A stretch of 63,072 nt of DNA, filler included. It is 7 parts of 7 records of this genome, joined end to end, with 100 filler letters (N's around TTAATTAATTAA, not from the genome) between each part and the next. Parts side by side here need not be neighbours in the genome. Positions count along the whole stretch, not along the records: positions 57,824 to 63,072 come from SRR2962707_2266; 6 more parts are not named here. The stretch is one strand, 5' to 3'. Below, piece by piece: positions 59,538 through 63,072 of this stretch (positions are counted from its first letter, which is position 1; the number at the start of each line of letters is the position of its first letter). The notes below the pieces were generated by a model. That model saw nothing but the letters and a program-made list of their open reading frames with translations, was not told the origin of the DNA and ran no database searches. The translations under genes were made by a program, and so were the position numbers.

Positions 59538-61235
59538 GTGGTCAGGAGAGTGAGGGAATTGGTTGTGAAGAATTGGCTGCGAGTGGGAATTCGCGTGCAG
59601 ATCGCTTTGGCAACAGCGTTGCTGGTTGTTGGCCTGGCCGTTCTGATGAGTTTCGTGATTGGCAAAAGATCAGGGACAGATTTGCAAGAGCAGATCGGTC
59701 TTGGTGTGTCTGATATTGCCCTACAGATGGCAGACGAACTTGATCGCACGATGTGGACCCATCGTGGTGAAGTTTCTGTTCTCAGCACGTTAAGTGCCAT
59801 CCGTAACCTTGAAGATGTCCAGGAAATTTCGAATATTATCAACAGACTGCGCCGCGAGTTGCCAATCTTTACCTGGATTGGGGTGCTTGATCATGAAGGC
59901 ACCGTCACCGCCGCGACTGGCGATTTGCTGGTCGGTGCCAATATCTCCCAGCGCCCTGTCTTCCAGTTTGGAAAGAATGGACAGTTCATTGGTGATGTGC
60001 ACGATGCCAAACTTCTGGCCGAGAAATTCCCGCTTTATAATGGTGAGCCGATCCAGTTCGTTGATATTGCTGTTCCGCTGGTCAATGACGATGAAGAATT
60101 TACCGGCGTTCTTGCCACGCATCTTAGTTGGGAATGGGCCGATACGGTTCGCCGGACCTTGTTTAGCGGTCAAGGTATCCACCGGAATGTTGACATTTTT
60201 GTTGTTGCGCAAAACGGGACTGTTTTGTTGGGCGAGAAGGATACATTGGCAGGAGCATCTTTGAATATTGATGCACTTCAGGATGCTCAAAATGGTCATA
60301 TTGGCTGGAAAATAAATACATGGCCGGATGGCAATGACTATCTAACCGGCTATGCACCGGCGGACGGACATCTAGATTACCCGGGGCTGAACTGGTCGAT
60401 CCTTGTGCGCCAACATGTCGAAGAGGCCCTGGCCCCCGTTCATAATTTGCGCCGGGATATTCTTATCTGGGGGTTGGTGCTTGCGGTGGTGTTTAGTGTT
60501 ATCGCGTGGTGGGGGGCCGGTTTCTTTGTCGGGCCGATTGGCCAAATCGCCAATGGGATTGAGGCGATGAAACGCGGTGAAATTGATCGACTTCCTGATG
60601 TCCATGGCGCTCGTGAAATCAATATTCTGTCAAAAAGCCTGCAAGCCCTTTTGGCCAAACTGACAGAAAAGGATGTTGCGCTTGGTGAGATGAAGCATAT
60701 CGCCCATCACGACAAACTGACGGGGCTTGGAAACCGTTTGGCGCTGGATGCCTATTTCGAACATGCCATTGCCCGGGCAAACCGCGAAGAAACCGAAGTC
60801 GCCATCCTGATGATGGATCTGGATGACTTCAAACCAATCAATGACAAATACGGTCACGGGGCTGGTGATGACGTGTTGCGCGAAGTTGCAAAACGATTGC
60901 GCCGCTGTGTGCGCGGCGGTGACCTTGTGGCGCGCCAAGGTGGCGATGAAATGGTAATTGTCTGTAATATTGAGCGCGATGGTGCGACTGAGGCAACCAT
61001 GCTGGCCGAACGGATCCTTCATGAAATCCTGATGCCCTTCATTACCGGCGGCAGTCGGGTTTCGATCCAGATGAGCATCGGCATTAGCCTTTACCCATCC
61101 CACAGCACCAATCCTGAAGAACTGCTTGAGCAGGCGGACAATGCGCTTTATGCAGCCAAGGCGCGCGGTAAAAACGGTTATGTGATGTATTCGGAAACGG
61201 ACATGATTACCCATGATAATTCATCACGGGCATAA
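59538..61235 (+). CDS. Membrane diguanylate cyclase (Cache-HAMP-GGDEF)
   Basis: Two TM helices around a periplasmic sensor; DKLTGLGNR, DLDDFKPIND.YGH..GD, RGGD I-site, GGDEM active site. Confidence 0.92.
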   Translation: MVRRVRELVVKNWLRVGIRVQIALATALLVVGLAVLMSFVIGKRSGTDLQEQIGLGVSDIALQMADELDRTMWTHRGEVSVLSTLSAIRNLEDVQEISNIINRLRRELPIFTWIGVLDHEGTVTAATGDLLVGANISQRPVFQFGKNGQFIGDVHDAKLLAEKFPLYNGEPIQFVDIAVPLVNDDEEFTGVLATHLSWEWADTVRRTLFSGQGIHRNVDIFVVAQNGTVLLGEKDTLAGASLNIDALQDAQNGHIGWKINTWPDGNDYLTGYAPADGHLDYPGLNWSILVRQHVEEALAPVHNLRRDILIWGLVLAVVFSVIAWWGAGFFVGPIGQIANGIEAMKRGEIDRLPDVHGAREINILSKSLQALLAKLTEKDVALGEMKHIAHHDKLTGLGNRLALDAYFEHAIARANREETEVAILMMDLDDFKPINDKYGHGAGDDVLREVAKRLRRCVRGGDLVARQGGDEMVIVCNIERDGATEATMLAERILHEILMPFITGGSRVSIQMSIGISLYPSHSTNPEELLEQADNALYAAKARGKNGYVMYSETDMITHDNSSRA

Positions 61236-61315
61236 ACCACGATGTCGAGATATCACTGACTGCTGAAGAAACAGGTTTTCTTGACTTTAAGGATCGGCAT
61301 CGTAATAAGCAGTTT

Positions 61316-62065
61316 ATGACAATTTCATCGGAAAAAGAACTCGACCACATGCGCCGGATTGGGCGCATTTGTGCACGTGCCCGTGACGTAATGGGGGCTG
61401 CTGCGGTTCCGGGAATTACCACAGCGGAACTTGATCATATTGGCCGCAAAATTCTTGAAGATGCCGGCGCAATTTCTGCACCGGAAAGTGAATATAAATT
61501 CCCCGGTGCAACATGCATTAGCGTAAACGAAGCTGTCGCACATGGCATTCCCGGCGATCAGGTTCTGGCCGATGGTGATCTGGTCAATATTGACGTATCG
61601 GCGTCTTTGGATGGGTATTTTTCCGATACCGGCGCCAGTTTTATCTGCGGGACGGCAAAGCCGGAAATCGCCAAGCTTTGTGATGATGGAAAAAAGGCCA
61701 TGTGGGCGGGGATCAAGGTGGTGCGCGACAAAGCACCAATCCGGGAAATCGGCCTCAAGGTTGAAAGTTTCGCCCGCAAAGGTGGCTATACCCTGATCCG
61801 CAATCTGGCCAGTCATGGGATTGGCAAATCCCTGCATGAACATCCCCACACCATCCCGACATGGGATGACCCCAAAGAACGTCGTGTCCTTAAAAAGGGG
61901 CAGGTGATCACGATTGAGCCGTTTCTGTCCTATGGCGCGAAATGGGCGGTCGATAGTGAAGATGGCTGGACGCTGTTTGCCGATACCGGTGATGCAACGG
62001 TTCAGTATGAACACACCCTCGTCGTCACCAATAATGGCTATGAAATTATGACGCTGGCTGGATAA
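61316..62065 (+). CDS. map: Methionine aminopeptidase type I
   Basis: CISVNEAVAHGIP, NIDVS, DTG, HGIG..LHE, TIEP, QYEHT. Confidence 0.96.
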   Translation: MTISSEKELDHMRRIGRICARARDVMGAAAVPGITTAELDHIGRKILEDAGAISAPESEYKFPGATCISVNEAVAHGIPGDQVLADGDLVNIDVSASLDGYFSDTGASFICGTAKPEIAKLCDDGKKAMWAGIKVVRDKAPIREIGLKVESFARKGGYTLIRNLASHGIGKSLHEHPHTIPTWDDPKERRVLKKGQVITIEPFLSYGAKWAVDSEDGWTLFADTGDATVQYEHTLVVTNNGYEIMTLAG

Positions 62066-62110
62066 GCCAAAAAATATGCTGCGCTTTATGCTGCAGCATT
62101 TTTTGCAATG

Positions 62111-62146
62111 AAAAAGCCGCCCAGATCAACCAGGCGGCTTTTATTT
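62111..62146. terminator. Bidirectional intrinsic terminator
   Basis: AAAAGCCGCC-N11-GGCGGCTTTT between convergent map and glcB. Confidence 0.85.
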
Positions 62147-62171
62147 CGGGTCAGTTTAATCGAAAGATCGA

Positions 62172-63072
62172 TCAGACGCCGTATTTTGCCTTGGCTTCGC
62201 GGCGACGTGCGTGCAAGACCGGTTCGGTATAACCGTTTGGCTGTTCGCGTCCTTTGAACACAAGATCACAGGCCGCTGCAAAGGCAACGTTACCGTCAAA
62301 ATTCGGTGCCATATTGCGATAGGTCGGATCACCGGCATTTTGTTTATCAACAACCGCTGCCATGCGTTTCATGGTTTCCATCACCTGTTCTTCGGTGCAA
62401 AGCCCATGGTGCAGCCAGTTGGCAATATGCTGACTTGAAATGCGAAGTGTTGCGCGGTCTTCCATCAGTCCAACATCATTGATGTCGGGTACTTTGGAGC
62501 AGCCAACGCCACTATCGATCCAGCGAACAACATAGCCAAGAATACCTTGGGCATTGTTGTCGAGCTCTTCCTGAATTTCACTTGGCATCGGTTTGATATC
62601 GCCAAGGCGCGGAATTGCCAGAATGTCATCAAGGCTGGCACGTTCGCGTTTGCCGATTTCATCCTGAACGGCACGGACATCAACCTGATGATAGTGGATG
62701 GCATGCAGGGTGGCGGCCGTTGGGGATGGAACCCATGCGCATTTTGCACCGGCTTTTGGATGACCAATCTTGACCTGCATCATTTCGGCCATGCGGTCCG
62801 GTTTGGCCCACATGCCTTTACCGATCTGGGCTACGCCTTTCATGCCGCACTGAAGACCGACATCCACATTCCAGTTTTCATATGCTGAAATCCAGTATTG
62901 GTCTTTCATCGCTTCTTTGCGAACAACCGGGCCTGCTTCCATGCTGGTGTGGATTTCATCGCCGGTACGGTCAAGGAAGCCTGTATTGATAAACACAACG
63001 CGATCCTTGGCTGCACGGATGCATTCTTTAAGGTTCACCGTGGTGCGGCGTTCCTCATCCATGATGCCGACC
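62172..63072 (-). CDS. glcB: Malate synthase G, C-terminal part (5' outside window)
   Basis: [44 protein letters not shown]. Confidence 0.97.
   Translation of the reverse strand, partial: VGIMDEERRTTVNLKECIRAAKDRVVFINTGFLDRTGDEIHTSMEAGPVVRKEAMKDQYWISAYENWNVDVGLQCGMKGVAQIGKGMWAKPDRMAEMMQVKIGHPKAGAKCAWVPSPTAATLHAIHYHQVDVRAVQDEIGKRERASLDDILAIPRLGDIKPMPSEIQEELDNNAQGILGYVVRWIDSGVGCSKVPDINDVGLMEDRATLRISSQHIANWLHHGLCTEEQVMETMKRMAAVVDKQNAGDPTYRNMAPNFDGNVAFAAACDLVFKGREQPNGYTEPVLHARRREAKAKYGV

Overview
This window is not one chromosome. It is seven unrelated contigs joined by identical 100-nt linkers (44 N + TTAATTAATTAA + 44 N), i.e. a metagenomic pseudo-scaffold. (1) 1-25128 is Bacteroidota, Cytophagales-like: partial tmRNA, dnaX, mltD, ECF42 locus, pepP, murA, rnhA, porT. 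(2) 25229-32442 is a high-GC Rhizobiales/Devosia-like alphaproteobacterium: GH3 end, D,D-carboxypeptidase, ABC transporter plus siderophore-interacting protein, PfkB kinase, partial tRNA-Arg. (3-5) 32543-49857 are three contigs of a flagellated protist with short GT-AG introns: thioredoxin-like protein, RPS25, an orphan secreted protein, CFAP57, a PH-domain protein and a multi-EF-hand protein. (6) 49958-57723 is a second Cytophagales-like contig: thrS, XRE-S24 repressor, GT2, SGNH hydrolase, TonB. (7) 57824-63072 is a Thalassospira-like alphaproteobacterium: phnF, diguanylate cyclase, map, glcB. Taxonomic labels are impressions from gene content and composition, not search results. Best leads: dnaX needs slippage or frameshifting on an A10 run to make full-length tau; a two-gene small-protein/nucleotidyltransferase cassette resembling a MenA1-MenT1-type toxin-antitoxin; a non-canonical LexA-like repressor with a CTAA-N5-TTAG palindrome and a coupled unknown 95-aa gene; an ECF42 operon with a candidate autoregulated promoter and a nested palindromic repeat; and a split IrtA-like ABC + SIP pair behind a candidate iron box.
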